This document shows positions 39,107 to 48,201 of a DNA stretch of 64,000 nucleotides, in pieces. The stretch covers positions 1,146 through 65,145 of the forward strand of contig JAIMBJ010000001.1 in NCBI GenBank assembly GCA_023511455.1, in the 5' to 3' direction. The stretch is from Bacillota bacterium (GTDB lineage: Bacteria; Armatimonadota; HRBIN16). The notes below the pieces were generated by a model that saw only the letters and a list, made by a program, of their open reading frames with translations, had not been told where the DNA came from and did no database searches. Position 1 is the stretch's first letter. Every line of letters starts with the position of its first letter. The position numbers were made by a program, and so were the translations under genes.

Positions 39107-39930
39107 GGGCAGTCTATCTGATAGCTTCCTTGACCCTGAAAGAGACCCTGCGTCGGCGTCTCTGGATAGCCTCTTTGCTGGCTTCGCTGGCGGTAGTTGG
39201 GTTTGTGTTTGTGGCTAAGCTGGGGGCTTCGGTGCGCCCGAACGACCCGATTGTGCAGAGCGTGGTTCCCCGCATCACGCTAATTTTGGGGCTGGACGTA
39301 GTGAAGTTCTTCGGCTCGGTGATGGCGATGACGCTGGCCTCGGGGGCGATTGCGCTGGAGATCGAGCGGGGGATGCTCTACGCCATCCTGTACAAGCCAG
39401 TGCATCGCTATCAGGTAGTGCTGGGCAAATGGATTGGCGTGCTGGTGTTCGCGCTGGTCAACACCTTATTCTGGACGGTTCTTCTGTACGTGTCTGTTCG
39501 CCTGATGATGGGCAAAAGCTATCTGGAGACATGGCGTGCTCCGCTGGTGGTGTTGTTGTATCCCGTGCTGTTTGGCACGCTGACGCTGTTTTTCTCCACC
39601 TTCGCCTCGATGGGTTTGACAATTGCGCTGTCCATCATCGCCGCGGGGGTGGCATGGTCGGAAAAACCGATGCGCGAGTTCGGTATCGTGTTCGATATTG
39701 AAACGTTGCTGAACGTGGCAAACAACGTGCGATGGGTGGTGCCGATGAATCACCTGCGCCGATGGGTGCTGGAAGAGATGATGGTCATCGTGCCTGAGCG
39801 GATGTTAGCCAGCCAGCGGTTTCAGGCTTTCGAGAGCCCGCCAAGCGGGTGGGAAATCGGCTATGTGTTCGGATATATCGCGGTCGTGCTGGCGCTGGCG
39901 ATACTGGTATTTGGTAAGAGGGACGTTTGA
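39103..39930 (+). CDS. ABC-2 family transporter permease
   Basis: GTG start overlapping the ATPase stop (GTGA). Six predicted TM segments. Confidence 0.7.
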   Translation: MRAVYLIASLTLKETLRRRLWIASLLASLAVVGFVFVAKLGASVRPNDPIVQSVVPRITLILGLDVVKFFGSVMAMTLASGAIALEIERGMLYAILYKPVHRYQVVLGKWIGVLVFALVNTLFWTVLLYVSVRLMMGKSYLETWRAPLVVLLYPVLFGTLTLFFSTFASMGLTIALSIIAAGVAWSEKPMREFGIVFDIETLLNVANNVRWVVPMNHLRRWVLEEMMVIVPERMLASQRFQAFESPPSGWEIGYVFGYIAVVLALAILVFGKRDV

Positions 39931-41372
39931 TCGATCAGCCAAACTTCATCGGGCACGCTTTGTGCCGTAGCGTACAGCTCAGGGGAAAAGCCACCTATTG
40001 CGAAGATGGCGTACACGGCGCGTTTGTGCTGCAAAAGGTGCGGGACGGTCTGCACCTTTGCCTTCAGGTCCACAAGAACGTCTGCTCCTGCTGGCCGACC
40101 GAGATTCCATTTGCACTCCGCAAAAAGGCGTCTCCCATCTGACAGGTCGGCGACGATATCAATTTCTGTCCGTCCGTCGCGGCTCCAATACCTGCTCGCC
40201 TGAAGTATGTGGACGTGAAAGCGGTTTGGGCAGTATGTTTGCAGCCACTGCAGGCATATCTGTTCAAAAATCTGTCCCATATAGACGGGCAAGTAGGGCC
40301 TCATTCGCGTCTCATACACAAAAACAGGGTCAGAAAACTCCAGCAGGCTTTTGTGGGGCGCAATGAAACGGTACCAAAAGGCAAGGAATGGGTCAGCAAC
40401 GCGGTAGAGCAGACGGCGGCGGCTGTCCTCTGCAAACGGCATCTCCTCCCGTATCCATCCTAGCTCCGTGAGCGTGCGCAGGTAGAAGCTGAGAGAGTTT
40501 CCCGTTCCGCTCAGTTGCTGAATGCGCCCATACTGTGTCTCCCCCGACGCAATAACTCCAAGCACCGCGTTGTAGGAGGCAGGGTCGCGGATTTGCTGAG
40601 TGCCAAGCAAATATTCTACCTCGTAGCGTAGCGGGCTGCCCGGACGCAAAAGCAGGTTAATTATTTCGTCTTCCATCGGCTGGCTGGTGTCTACCAGCGC
40701 ATGGTAGCGCGGTGTTCCTCCTAAAACCCCGTACATTGTGAGTTTCTCGACGACGCCGTAAAGCGGGCTGCTTGCGTAGAAAAGTGCCGTTTGGTGGTAG
40801 CGGAAGGGCGTTATTTGCAGAATGCCGGCGTTGAACCTGCCAAACAAGGGAGAATTGGGTTCGCCGAGTGCCTTCATCATGGACAGATGAGAGCCGCTTA
40901 AAATGACCATCACCGTCGAGTGGGCACCTTCTCGATCCCACCATGCCTGAAGGATAGAAGGCAAGTCGGGAGATTGTTCCGCCAGGTACGGGAATTCATC
41001 CAGGATAAGGATGAAACGTTCCCGACGTTTCCACTGCTCACAGACATAATGCAGGAGGGCTTGCCACGATACTGCAAGGTCAGATGGGGCAAGAGAGGTT
41101 CCTCCCAAACTTTCCAGAAGCTGGGTAGCCAGCAGCAATCGTTGTGTTGGGGCGGTAGTCTGTTCAGCGAGGTAGTAGCATGCGGGTTTGGGCATGTTTT
41201 CGCCTGCCACAAAGCGCTGCAACAAGTATGTTTTGCCCAAACGCCGTCTGCCGTAAACCAGCGCCATTTGGCCTCCCTGAGAGGGATGTGACCAGGCTCG
41301 TTCCAGAGCCCGTAGCTCATCCTCTCGGTCGAAAAACGGTTCTGGATGTAGAAATCCTGCGCTCGCTGGCAT
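39861..41372 (-). CDS. AAA-ATPase with C-terminal DUF234 domain ('archaeal ATPase' family)
   Basis: N-terminus FFDREDELRALERAW…GRRRLGKTYLL (Walker A) and the extended DUF234-like C-terminal region. GC content visibly lower than neighbours. 3' end overlaps the convergent permease by ~70 nt. Confidence 0.7.
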   Translation of the reverse strand: MPASAGFLHPEPFFDREDELRALERAWSHPSQGGQMALVYGRRRLGKTYLLQRFVAGENMPKPACYYLAEQTTAPTQRLLLATQLLESLGGTSLAPSDLAVSWQALLHYVCEQWKRRERFILILDEFPYLAEQSPDLPSILQAWWDREGAHSTVMVILSGSHLSMMKALGEPNSPLFGRFNAGILQITPFRYHQTALFYASSPLYGVVEKLTMYGVLGGTPRYHALVDTSQPMEDEIINLLLRPGSPLRYEVEYLLGTQQIRDPASYNAVLGVIASGETQYGRIQQLSGTGNSLSFYLRTLTELGWIREEMPFAEDSRRRLLYRVADPFLAFWYRFIAPHKSLLEFSDPVFVYETRMRPYLPVYMGQIFEQICLQWLQTYCPNRFHVHILQASRYWSRDGRTEIDIVADLSDGRRLFAECKWNLGRPAGADVLVDLKAKVQTVPHLLQHKRAVYAIFAIGGFSPELYATAQSVPDEVWLIDQTSLLPNTSIASASTTAIYPNT

Positions 41373-41397
41373 GGCGGTCTACTCCCAAATGTGGTTT

Positions 41398-41436
41398 ACT
41401 AAAGTATACTTTACTAAAGTATACTTTAGTAAAGTG
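41398..41436. promoter_or_regulatory. tandem perfect palindromes TAAAGTATACTTTA (41400-41413) and ACTAAAGTATACTTTAGT (41413-41430) plus a third half-site, 28-60 nt upstream of the DUF234 ATPase start
   Basis: Read directly from sequence; AT-rich; operator-like arrangement. Confidence 0.5.
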
Positions 41437-41457
41437 TGCTTGTCAAATCAGTAGAGG

Positions 41458-41476
41458 GGTGTTCGATAAATCCGCC
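41458..41476. repeat. copy of dispersed 19-nt repeat GGTGTTCGATAAATCCGCC (second copy at 52975-52993)
   Basis: Exact 19-mer shared between two intergenic sites; flanking bases also similar (GAGGGGTGTTCG vs GAGGGTGTTCG). Confidence 0.6.
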
Positions 41477-41598
41477 AAACGGCACTTCAAGCGCGAAGCC
41501 CCCCGCGCAGGACATTCTCCGCCCCGCCCGCGGCTCACCTGGAGATTGGGCGTTGACAAACGTCGTCTAAAGCCGAGGTTTCTACAGCGGAAACGCCA

Positions 41599-43053
41599 TC
41601 AATACTTCGGCACGGTCGGGTCGACTTCATCGGACCACTGCAGGATGCCCCCTTGCAGGTTTTTCACCTTTCGGAAACCTGCCGCCTTCAGAAACGCGGT
41701 GATTTGTGCGCTGCGCTTGCCAGAGCGGCAGTAGACCACAATCTCCCGCGCCGAATCGAGTTCGTGCATCCGGGCGGGAATAGTATTCATGGGGATCAGC
41801 ACCGCGCCGTCCAGACGGCAGATTTGCCACTCTACCGGCTCGCGCACGTCCAGCAGGAAGATGTCTTCGCCCGAATCCAGTCGTCGCTTCAGGTCGGTGG
41901 GAGTAATTTCTTCGATGGCATCCACCGGCCCCGAACTCTCCTCTCCGCGCACCCCGCAGAACTCCTCGTAGTCGATCAATTCACGGATGACCGGGTTGGG
42001 CCCGCACACAGGGCACTGCGGGTTCTTGCGCAGCTTCAGCTCGCGGAACTGCATCTTGAGGGCATTGAACAGCAACAGCCTGCCGATGAGCGGCTCTCCC
42101 CGTCCCAGTATCAGCTTGATGGTCTCCATCGCCTGAATGGTGCCGATGATGCCGGGCAGCACGCCCAGCACTCCGCCTTCCGCACAGCTGGGTACCAGCC
42201 CCGGCGGCGGGGGTTCAGGGTACAAACAGCGGTAGCAGGGTCCCTCCTTGGCGTAAAAGACCGAAGCCTGTCCTTCGAAGCGGAAGATAGAACCGTATAC
42301 GTTCGGCTTTCCCAGCAGCACGCAGGCGTCGTTAACCAGATAGCGCGTGGCGAAGTTGTCCGTGCCATCCACGATGATGTCGTACTCTGCAAATATCTCC
42401 AGCGCGTTCTCACGGGTAAGTCGGGTTTCGTAAGTTTGTACGGAGATGTTTGGGTTCATCGCCAGCAGACGCTCTTTAGCCACCTGCAGCTTGGGGCGCC
42501 CTACATCTGGGGTGGTGTAAAGCACCTGACGTTGCAGGTTGGTGAGGTCTACAACGTCGAAATCCACCAGTCCGATGGTGCCAACACCCGCCGCGGCAAG
42601 ATACAGCGACAGCGGTGCGCCCAGCCCCCCCGCGCCGACACATAGCACCTTCGCTGCCTTCAGCTTCAGCTGTCCCTCCATCGCCACGTCGGGAAGGATG
42701 AGGTGTCGGCTGTAGCGCAGGATCTCCTCGTTGTCCAGCCAAGCCTGCTGTGCTGCTTCCGGAGCCGCCACCGACACGCTACCCCCCGCAATAGAGGGCA
42801 CAATCATCAGCGTATCGCCGTCCTTGACCGGTGTGCCCAGCCCCTGAAGATAGCGGGTATCCTCCTCTCCCAGGTACACATTGACAAAGCTGCGCAACTT
42901 ACCCTGCTCGTTATACAGGTGCTTGCGCAGGTCGGGATAGGTTTCTACCACCGCCTGCAGCGCCTCGCCCACTGTGCCTGCCTGCACCTGCACTTCGCTC
43001 TGGTTACCGGTGTAGGACTGCAGCGCACTGGGTATCAAAACGGTTATTGCCAT
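41599..43053 (-). CDS. tripartite fusion: CysO/MoaD/ThiS-like sulfur-carrier domain (ending …SIAGG) + MoeZ/MoeB-type E1 adenylyltransferase + rhodanese domain
   Basis: ATG at 43051-43053 is preceded by GAGAGAGGTG. N-terminal ~90 aa MAITVLIP…GDTLMIVPSIAGG is a MoaD/ThiS fold with a Gly-Gly end. A linker is followed by ILRYSRHLILPDV…VLCVGAGGLGAP (E1 nucleotide-binding), a CxxC…CxxC zinc site and a C-terminal rhodanese (…VYCRSGKRS…). Confidence 0.8.
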   Translation of the reverse strand: MAITVLIPSALQSYTGNQSEVQVQAGTVGEALQAVVETYPDLRKHLYNEQGKLRSFVNVYLGEEDTRYLQGLGTPVKDGDTLMIVPSIAGGSVSVAAPEAAQQAWLDNEEILRYSRHLILPDVAMEGQLKLKAAKVLCVGAGGLGAPLSLYLAAAGVGTIGLVDFDVVDLTNLQRQVLYTTPDVGRPKLQVAKERLLAMNPNISVQTYETRLTRENALEIFAEYDIIVDGTDNFATRYLVNDACVLLGKPNVYGSIFRFEGQASVFYAKEGPCYRCLYPEPPPPGLVPSCAEGGVLGVLPGIIGTIQAMETIKLILGRGEPLIGRLLLFNALKMQFRELKLRKNPQCPVCGPNPVIRELIDYEEFCGVRGEESSGPVDAIEEITPTDLKRRLDSGEDIFLLDVREPVEWQICRLDGAVLIPMNTIPARMHELDSAREIVVYCRSGKRSAQITAFLKAAGFRKVKNLQGGILQWSDEVDPTVPKY

Positions 43054-43070
43054 GCCATTCACCTCTCTCG

Positions 43071-43499
43071 TCAAAGTCCGCGTATTTCGGTAGGCTCCCG
43101 CTCGAAACCACTGCGGTCTTCCAGCAGTCGCCAGCAGTGCATTTCGGCAGGTTTGCCCTTCTGAACCGAGATAATGAGATAAGAATAGTAGGGCAGGGCG
43201 TTCTCTCGGTCAAACTCACTGGGACGCGCCGGATGGTCGGGGTGCGAATGGTAGAAGCCCAACACTTTCAGTGATTTCTGTTTCGCCTCGCGCTCCAGCT
43301 GCATCATCTGCGCCGGCGTAATCAGGAAGCGTCGTTCGCGGTTGTCTTTCTGCTCGTTGACGATGGGGATAACCTCCTCCACCCAGCGCACGTCGCCACC
43401 CAGTTCTCGCCCCAGCAACGCGCCACAACACTCATGGGGGTACTCCGCTCTGGCGTGCTGGCGGATCTTAGTAGCCTGTTCGGCGCTCAGCGAGAGCAT
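43071..43499 (-). CDS. JAMM/MPN+ metalloprotease (Mec+-like)
   Basis: JAMM motif E…HSHPDHPARPSEFD (HxHx7Sx2D). ATG at 43497-43499 overlaps the cysM stop. The ORF track entry extends upstream to 43610. Confidence 0.75.
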   Translation of the reverse strand: MLSLSAEQATKIRQHARAEYPHECCGALLGRELGGDVRWVEEVIPIVNEQKDNRERRFLITPAQMMQLEREAKQKSLKVLGFYHSHPDHPARPSEFDRENALPYYSYLIISVQKGKPAEMHCWRLLEDRSGFEREPTEIRGL

Positions 43500-44452
43500 C
43501 ACTCCTCCTCTTCCCACAGTGGGTCTGTGATATAGCGACTGCCTCCATCTGGCGCTAGCGCGACCACTGTGCCACAGGAAATCCGCTCTGCCACTCGGAG
43601 CGCACAACATACCGCTGCCCCTGCAGAGATGCCCACAAACAGCCCCTCCTCGCGGGCAAGCTGGCGCGCCATTGCGTGAGCCTGCTCGGTGGACACCTCC
43701 ATGATTTCATCCGGCACAGCAGGGTCATAAATCCCCGGCACCAGAGCGGTTTCCAGATGTTTCAGCCCCTCCAAACCGTGAAACGGGCTATCCGGTTGCA
43801 CCGCAACGAGCCGGATACCCGGATAGTACTCCTTCAGACGTCGCCCTGTGCCCATCATCGTGCCGCTGGTGCCCAACCCCGCCACGAAGTGCGTGACCTC
43901 GCCCTGCGTCTGCTCCCAAATCTCGACGCCTGTCGTCTGATAGTGCGCCTGCCAGTTCGCGGGGTTGTTATACTGGTCGGGATAGAAGTATCGCTCTGGC
44001 TCGGCTTCCACCATTTGCTGCACCTTACGGATGGCACCATCCGTTTGCTCCCGCGGGTCGGTGAGGATTAACTCCGCCCCGAAGGCGCGCAGCATCCGTT
44101 TCCGCTCCGCATTGGCGTTTGCAGGCAGGCACAGCTGCACCCGGTAGCCGCGCGCCGCCCCGATCATCGCATAGGCGATGCCCGTATTGCCCGAAGTGGC
44201 GTCGATAAGGATTTTGTCCGGCGTCAGCAAGCCTTCCTGCTCGGCTACGCGAATCATGTTCCATGCGGGACGGTCTTTCACCGAGCCGCCCGGATTGAAC
44301 CATTCCGCTTTGATGAACACCTGCACTCCCTGCGGTAGTGACCGTGTTACCCGCCGCAAACGGATGAGCGGCGTGTTGCCAATGAGCCTCTCTATCTCCC
44401 ACCCGGTAGACGGGGATCTTCGCGTTTCTCTCTGTTGGATGCAGGTGCTCAC
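43499..44452 (-). CDS. cysM: PLP-dependent cysteine synthase (CysM/CysK family; O-phosphoserine sulfhydrylase-like)
   Basis: PLP lysine region IGNTPLIRL…KAEWFNPGGSVKDR and SGNTGIAYAMIGAARGY. Confidence 0.8.
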   Translation of the reverse strand: MSTCIQQRETRRSPSTGWEIERLIGNTPLIRLRRVTRSLPQGVQVFIKAEWFNPGGSVKDRPAWNMIRVAEQEGLLTPDKILIDATSGNTGIAYAMIGAARGYRVQLCLPANANAERKRMLRAFGAELILTDPREQTDGAIRKVQQMVEAEPERYFYPDQYNNPANWQAHYQTTGVEIWEQTQGEVTHFVAGLGTSGTMMGTGRRLKEYYPGIRLVAVQPDSPFHGLEGLKHLETALVPGIYDPAVPDEIMEVSTEQAHAMARQLAREEGLFVGISAGAAVCCALRVAERISCGTVVALAPDGGSRYITDPLWEEEE

Positions 44453-44571
44453 TGTTTAACCTCTAGCTATTCTAATCCTGACATAAAGTATACCCTTGGT
44501 CGACATTGGAATGCAATGGGGGATGGGGTATCAAACCCGGACCTGCCTGTCATCCCGGTGGGGTGCGTGCA

Positions 44572-45600
44572 CTACGAAAGGCGAACAGGCTGTGAGGTTT
44601 CGGCGGACTGCAGGGCTGCTTCGATGACACGGATGACCTCTCGCGCCTGTTCGGGTTGGACAGCCAGTTTCTCGCCGCGCAACAGCACCCCCGCGATGTT
44701 GCGGTAGTACTCGCTCCAGTCGCCGCGCTCGCTGTCTATGGTGCGCTCGGTGACCTGTTCTTCCTGATGCAACCACACCCGTGCCCGATGTTGAGGCGGT
44801 TCCACTGTCGCGCCGATGTTCCCGGTTCGTAAAGCTTCCTCTTGCGGGTCCAAACCATACTTCACCAGCCCGCCGCGGTCGCCCAGCACATACCAGCGGG
44901 GACGTTCGGCGGCGCGGAGGTAGTTCACTTCCACAGTAAAGGTGCGCCCGTCGCCGTAATCCAGCACCGCGCGGATGAAGCTCTCAACGTCGCTCTGCCA
45001 CATGCGGAAATGTCGCCACGCCATCACCTGCGTGGGCAATCCCATCAGCTGAATCGCCTGGTCTATGAGGTGCGCTCCCCAGTCGTGGAGCAGAGAACCC
45101 ATCGATTCGCGTTGGGAACGCCAGCGACTGGAATGTCCGTAACGCCCGACGCAGCTTTCCACCTGCCATATCTCACCCAGCAAGCCTTCTTCCATCACCT
45201 TGCGCACGGTCAGGTAGTCCCAATCCCATCGGCGGTTGTGAAAGACGCTCAACAGGAGGTTGCGCTTCCACGCTTCGTGGATAAGGTCATCCGCTTCGGC
45301 AGTGGTAATGGTGAAGGGTTTGTCTATCACCACATGCTTGCCCGCCTGCAAAGCCATCTTGCCGAGCGCATGGTGGGTATGGTGTGGGGTGGCGATGACC
45401 ACCAGCTGAACCTGTTCGTCTGACAGAAGTTCTTCGGGTTGCGCGTAGGTGCGCACATTCCACTGCTGGCGCGCCTGTTCGCGGCGTTGCGCATCCCGCG
45501 ACGAGACCGCTACCAGACGCAAGCCTTCAATCTGGGTAATGAGTGGACAGTGGAAAACACGTCCCGCATAGCCGTAGCCCACAACGCCAACGCCTATCAA
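44572..45600 (-). CDS. Gfo/Idh/MocA family NAD(P)-dependent oxidoreductase
   Basis: N-terminal Rossmann motif IGVGVVGYGYAG and the family C-terminal domain. Confidence 0.75.
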   Translation of the reverse strand: MIGVGVVGYGYAGRVFHCPLITQIEGLRLVAVSSRDAQRREQARQQWNVRTYAQPEELLSDEQVQLVVIATPHHTHHALGKMALQAGKHVVIDKPFTITTAEADDLIHEAWKRNLLLSVFHNRRWDWDYLTVRKVMEEGLLGEIWQVESCVGRYGHSSRWRSQRESMGSLLHDWGAHLIDQAIQLMGLPTQVMAWRHFRMWQSDVESFIRAVLDYGDGRTFTVEVNYLRAAERPRWYVLGDRGGLVKYGLDPQEEALRTGNIGATVEPPQHRARVWLHQEEQVTERTIDSERGDWSEYYRNIAGVLLRGEKLAVQPEQAREVIRVIEAALQSAETSQPVRLS

Positions 45601-45659
45601 TTTGCCACCTCCCGAAGGCTATCTCTTGTCCGTGCGGTATGTATAGAGGAAGGTCAATA

Positions 45660-46631
45660 CTAAGCCGCCTGTTCATCCTGCTTGTCCGTTGGGGCGACGC
45701 ATACCCGGTTACGCCCGAGACGTTTCGCCTCATACAGCGCGCTATCCGCCTGCTGAATCAGGTGGCTGGAATCCACCCCGCTGCACCAGCCTGCCACTCC
45801 GATACTCACGGTCACCGCGCGGTTGGGAAACGGGTGCTGAGCGATGACCTGCCGAATGCGCTCGGCAACGTTCAGTGCAGTATCTATTTCTGTATCCGGC
45901 AGAATCACCGCGAATTCCTCTCCACCATAACGGGCTACGAAGTCATAAGCGCGGATGTTTTCGGAGATAAGGCGTGCCACCTCGTGCAACACTGCATCGC
46001 CCTGCAGGTGACCATACGTATCGTTATACTGTTTGAAGTGGTCCACGTCGATAAGCATCAGGCAGAGCGGTAGTCCTTTGCGGCAGGCGAGGCTAATCTG
46101 CGAGTGCAGATTCTCCTGAAACGCCCGGTGGTTGCCCACCTGTGTCAGGGCATCGGTTACTGAAAGGCGCTCCAGCAGTTCATTGCGCCGTTGCAGCTCT
46201 TGCTGCTGCTGTTTTTGTGTCAAAGCGTATTGCTCCAGCTGGGCAGCCATCATATTGAAGCTGTCTGCAAGCAGGTGGAAATCATAGGGCGCCCAGCGTG
46301 AGGCTGTCACCCGGTGGCTGAAGTGACCGCTGGCGATGGCGTGGGCGGCGGCGATCAGACGCCGAATGAGCTTCACCACCGGATATATCAGCCACATCGT
46401 TGCCAGTGCGGCGACCCCGAGGCTCGCCAACAGAGTGGGCAGCAAGGATTGCGTCAGAATCCGCCGGGCAATCTGCAGCACCATGTCGTGCGGCACGCCC
46501 GCCTGGTGTAAAGCCGCAACCATCTGGTGATAGGCGATAGCGGTATGCAATCCCAGTGCCGCCGCCATACACAATAAGACGCCGATGAACAGTCTTCTGC
46601 GCAGGGAGAGACGTGCTAATAGCTTCACCAT
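45660..46631 (-). CDS. membrane-anchored diguanylate cyclase (HAMP + GGDEF)
   Basis: TM segments, HAMP-like linker and GGDEF domain with RYGGEEF active site. Confidence 0.8.
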   Translation of the reverse strand: MVKLLARLSLRRRLFIGVLLCMAAALGLHTAIAYHQMVAALHQAGVPHDMVLQIARRILTQSLLPTLLASLGVAALATMWLIYPVVKLIRRLIAAAHAIASGHFSHRVTASRWAPYDFHLLADSFNMMAAQLEQYALTQKQQQQELQRRNELLERLSVTDALTQVGNHRAFQENLHSQISLACRKGLPLCLMLIDVDHFKQYNDTYGHLQGDAVLHEVARLISENIRAYDFVARYGGEEFAVILPDTEIDTALNVAERIRQVIAQHPFPNRAVTVSIGVAGWCSGVDSSHLIQQADSALYEAKRLGRNRVCVAPTDKQDEQAA

Positions 46632-46715
46632 GTTGCCCCCGGAAGGACGCAGCTGCAGTCCCTGTCAGAATCGTCGGCATTTGATGCGATGTGCTGCGCT
46701 GTCAGAATTACGGGT

Positions 46716-47606
46716 TTAGCGCAGGCGATTCAGCGCAGCGACGATAGCGCGGGTGAATTCCGGGGTGGAACCACAACACGACCCGATAATGCTGGCTCCC
46801 GCTTCCACGAACTGCGGCACGAACTCCGCCATCTCCTCGGGCTTCTGGGTATATACCGCTTTACCCTCTTCCAGCACAGGCATTCCGGCGTTGGGTTGAG
46901 CGATAAGCGGTATGGGCACGGCGGCACGCATGCGCCGAATGACCGGAACCATCTCCTGTGCGCCGGTGCTGCAGTTTGCCCCCACAACCGCTGCGCCTTC
47001 CTGCATCAAGGTGGTTGCAGCCTGCTCGGGGGTGACTCCCATCATGGTGCGTTCGCCAGCGCCAAAACTCATGCAGGCAATCGCTTTCAAGCCCAGCGAT
47101 TTCGCCGCTCGGAGGGCAACCACAATCTCTTCGAGAGCCATAAAGGTTTCCAGAATCACCGTGTCTGCGCCGCCTTCCTGAAGCGCAGCCATCTGCTCGC
47201 TGAAGACCTCAAAAGCCTGCTCCTCGCTCAGGTCGCCCAGCGGTTCCAGCAGCTCTCCTGTGGGTCCCACGGATGCCATGACGGCTGCCGAGTCGCCTGC
47301 TACTTCGCGTGCCAGCTCCACTGCCCGCCGATTGATTTCCTTCAGCAACTCGTGCCCGTTCACGTTGTGAGCCATCAGGCGGAGGCGGTTGCCGCCGAAA
47401 CTGTTGGTGGTCAGCAGCTGCGCCCCCGCTTCCAGATAGGCACGATGCACCTGCTGCACCTTTTCGGGGTGGTTCAGGTTCCATGATTCCGGACATTGCC
47501 CTGCCGTCAGTCCCATCGACTGAAGCATGGTACCCATTGCCCCGTCGGAAACGAGCAGCTTGCCCTCTAAAATCTCGTGCAGCCAGTCCATCATTATCCT
47601 CCTCAC
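46716..47606 (-). CDS. homocysteine S-methyltransferase (MmuM-like, Hcy-binding domain)
   Basis: LLVSDGAMGTMLQ…GCCGSTPE, typical zinc-binding Hcy-domain motifs. Confidence 0.75.
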   Translation of the reverse strand: MRRIMMDWLHEILEGKLLVSDGAMGTMLQSMGLTAGQCPESWNLNHPEKVQQVHRAYLEAGAQLLTTNSFGGNRLRLMAHNVNGHELLKEINRRAVELAREVAGDSAAVMASVGPTGELLEPLGDLSEEQAFEVFSEQMAALQEGGADTVILETFMALEEIVVALRAAKSLGLKAIACMSFGAGERTMMGVTPEQAATTLMQEGAAVVGANCSTGAQEMVPVIRRMRAAVPIPLIAQPNAGMPVLEEGKAVYTQKPEEMAEFVPQFVEAGASIIGSCCGSTPEFTRAIVAALNRLR

Positions 47607-48046
47607 AATCGGTCTTCCAGCACTGCCTGACAGATGTCGATGCGGCTGATAATGCCCACCAGTTTGCCCTCGGCGGTGACAGGCAGCCGTTTGACCTTTT
47701 TCTGCAGCATAATGGCGGCAGCCTCCAGTACGTCGGTGTTTTCGTCTACCGCAATGACGTTACTGGTCATTGCCTGTTTGACCTGCATACCACGCACTCG
47801 CGCCGCGCGGGTGGGCAGGTCCTGCCACTCGGTGCGGTAGCTTTCCTCCGTAGTCGCCTTATCGGGCTGGGGGAGAAGCTCCCGGATGATGTCATGTTCG
47901 GTGATGACACCTACCAGATGACCTTCGTCGTCCACGACGGGCAGACCGCTGACCTGATAAAGGTCCATCTTGTCCACTGCATCCCGAAGGGTATCCTCTG
48001 GCTGTACCGTGACCACATGAGTATGCATCAGTTCCAGCACTCGCAT
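47603..48046 (-). CDS. CBS-domain pair protein
   Basis: Two CBS repeats (…VVTVQPEDTLRDAVDKM…; …VIAVDENTDVLEAAAIM…). Confidence 0.7.
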   Translation of the reverse strand: MRVLELMHTHVVTVQPEDTLRDAVDKMDLYQVSGLPVVDDEGHLVGVITEHDIIRELLPQPDKATTEESYRTEWQDLPTRAARVRGMQVKQAMTSNVIAVDENTDVLEAAAIMLQKKVKRLPVTAEGKLVGIISRIDICQAVLEDRL

Positions 48047-48201
48047 GACCTGTTTCGCCTCACTTCAGCCTTGTTGGCACAGATGTAATTTTTCCCATCA
48101 GAGCCGTTATCCCTGCACGGTGTCGAAGGGAATTGTTCACGTCTTCTCTAAAATACGGATGTCAACATCTGGTGCAGACAACGTGTGGAGGAATATGATA
48201 C

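Noticed and set aside
41180-41734. 184-aa plus ORF spanning the ATPase start, the palindromic operators, the repeat copy and the 3' end of the cysO-moeZ gene
   Set aside because: It crosses two genes on the opposite strand and an intergenic repeat region. There is no RBS and the composition is implausible.
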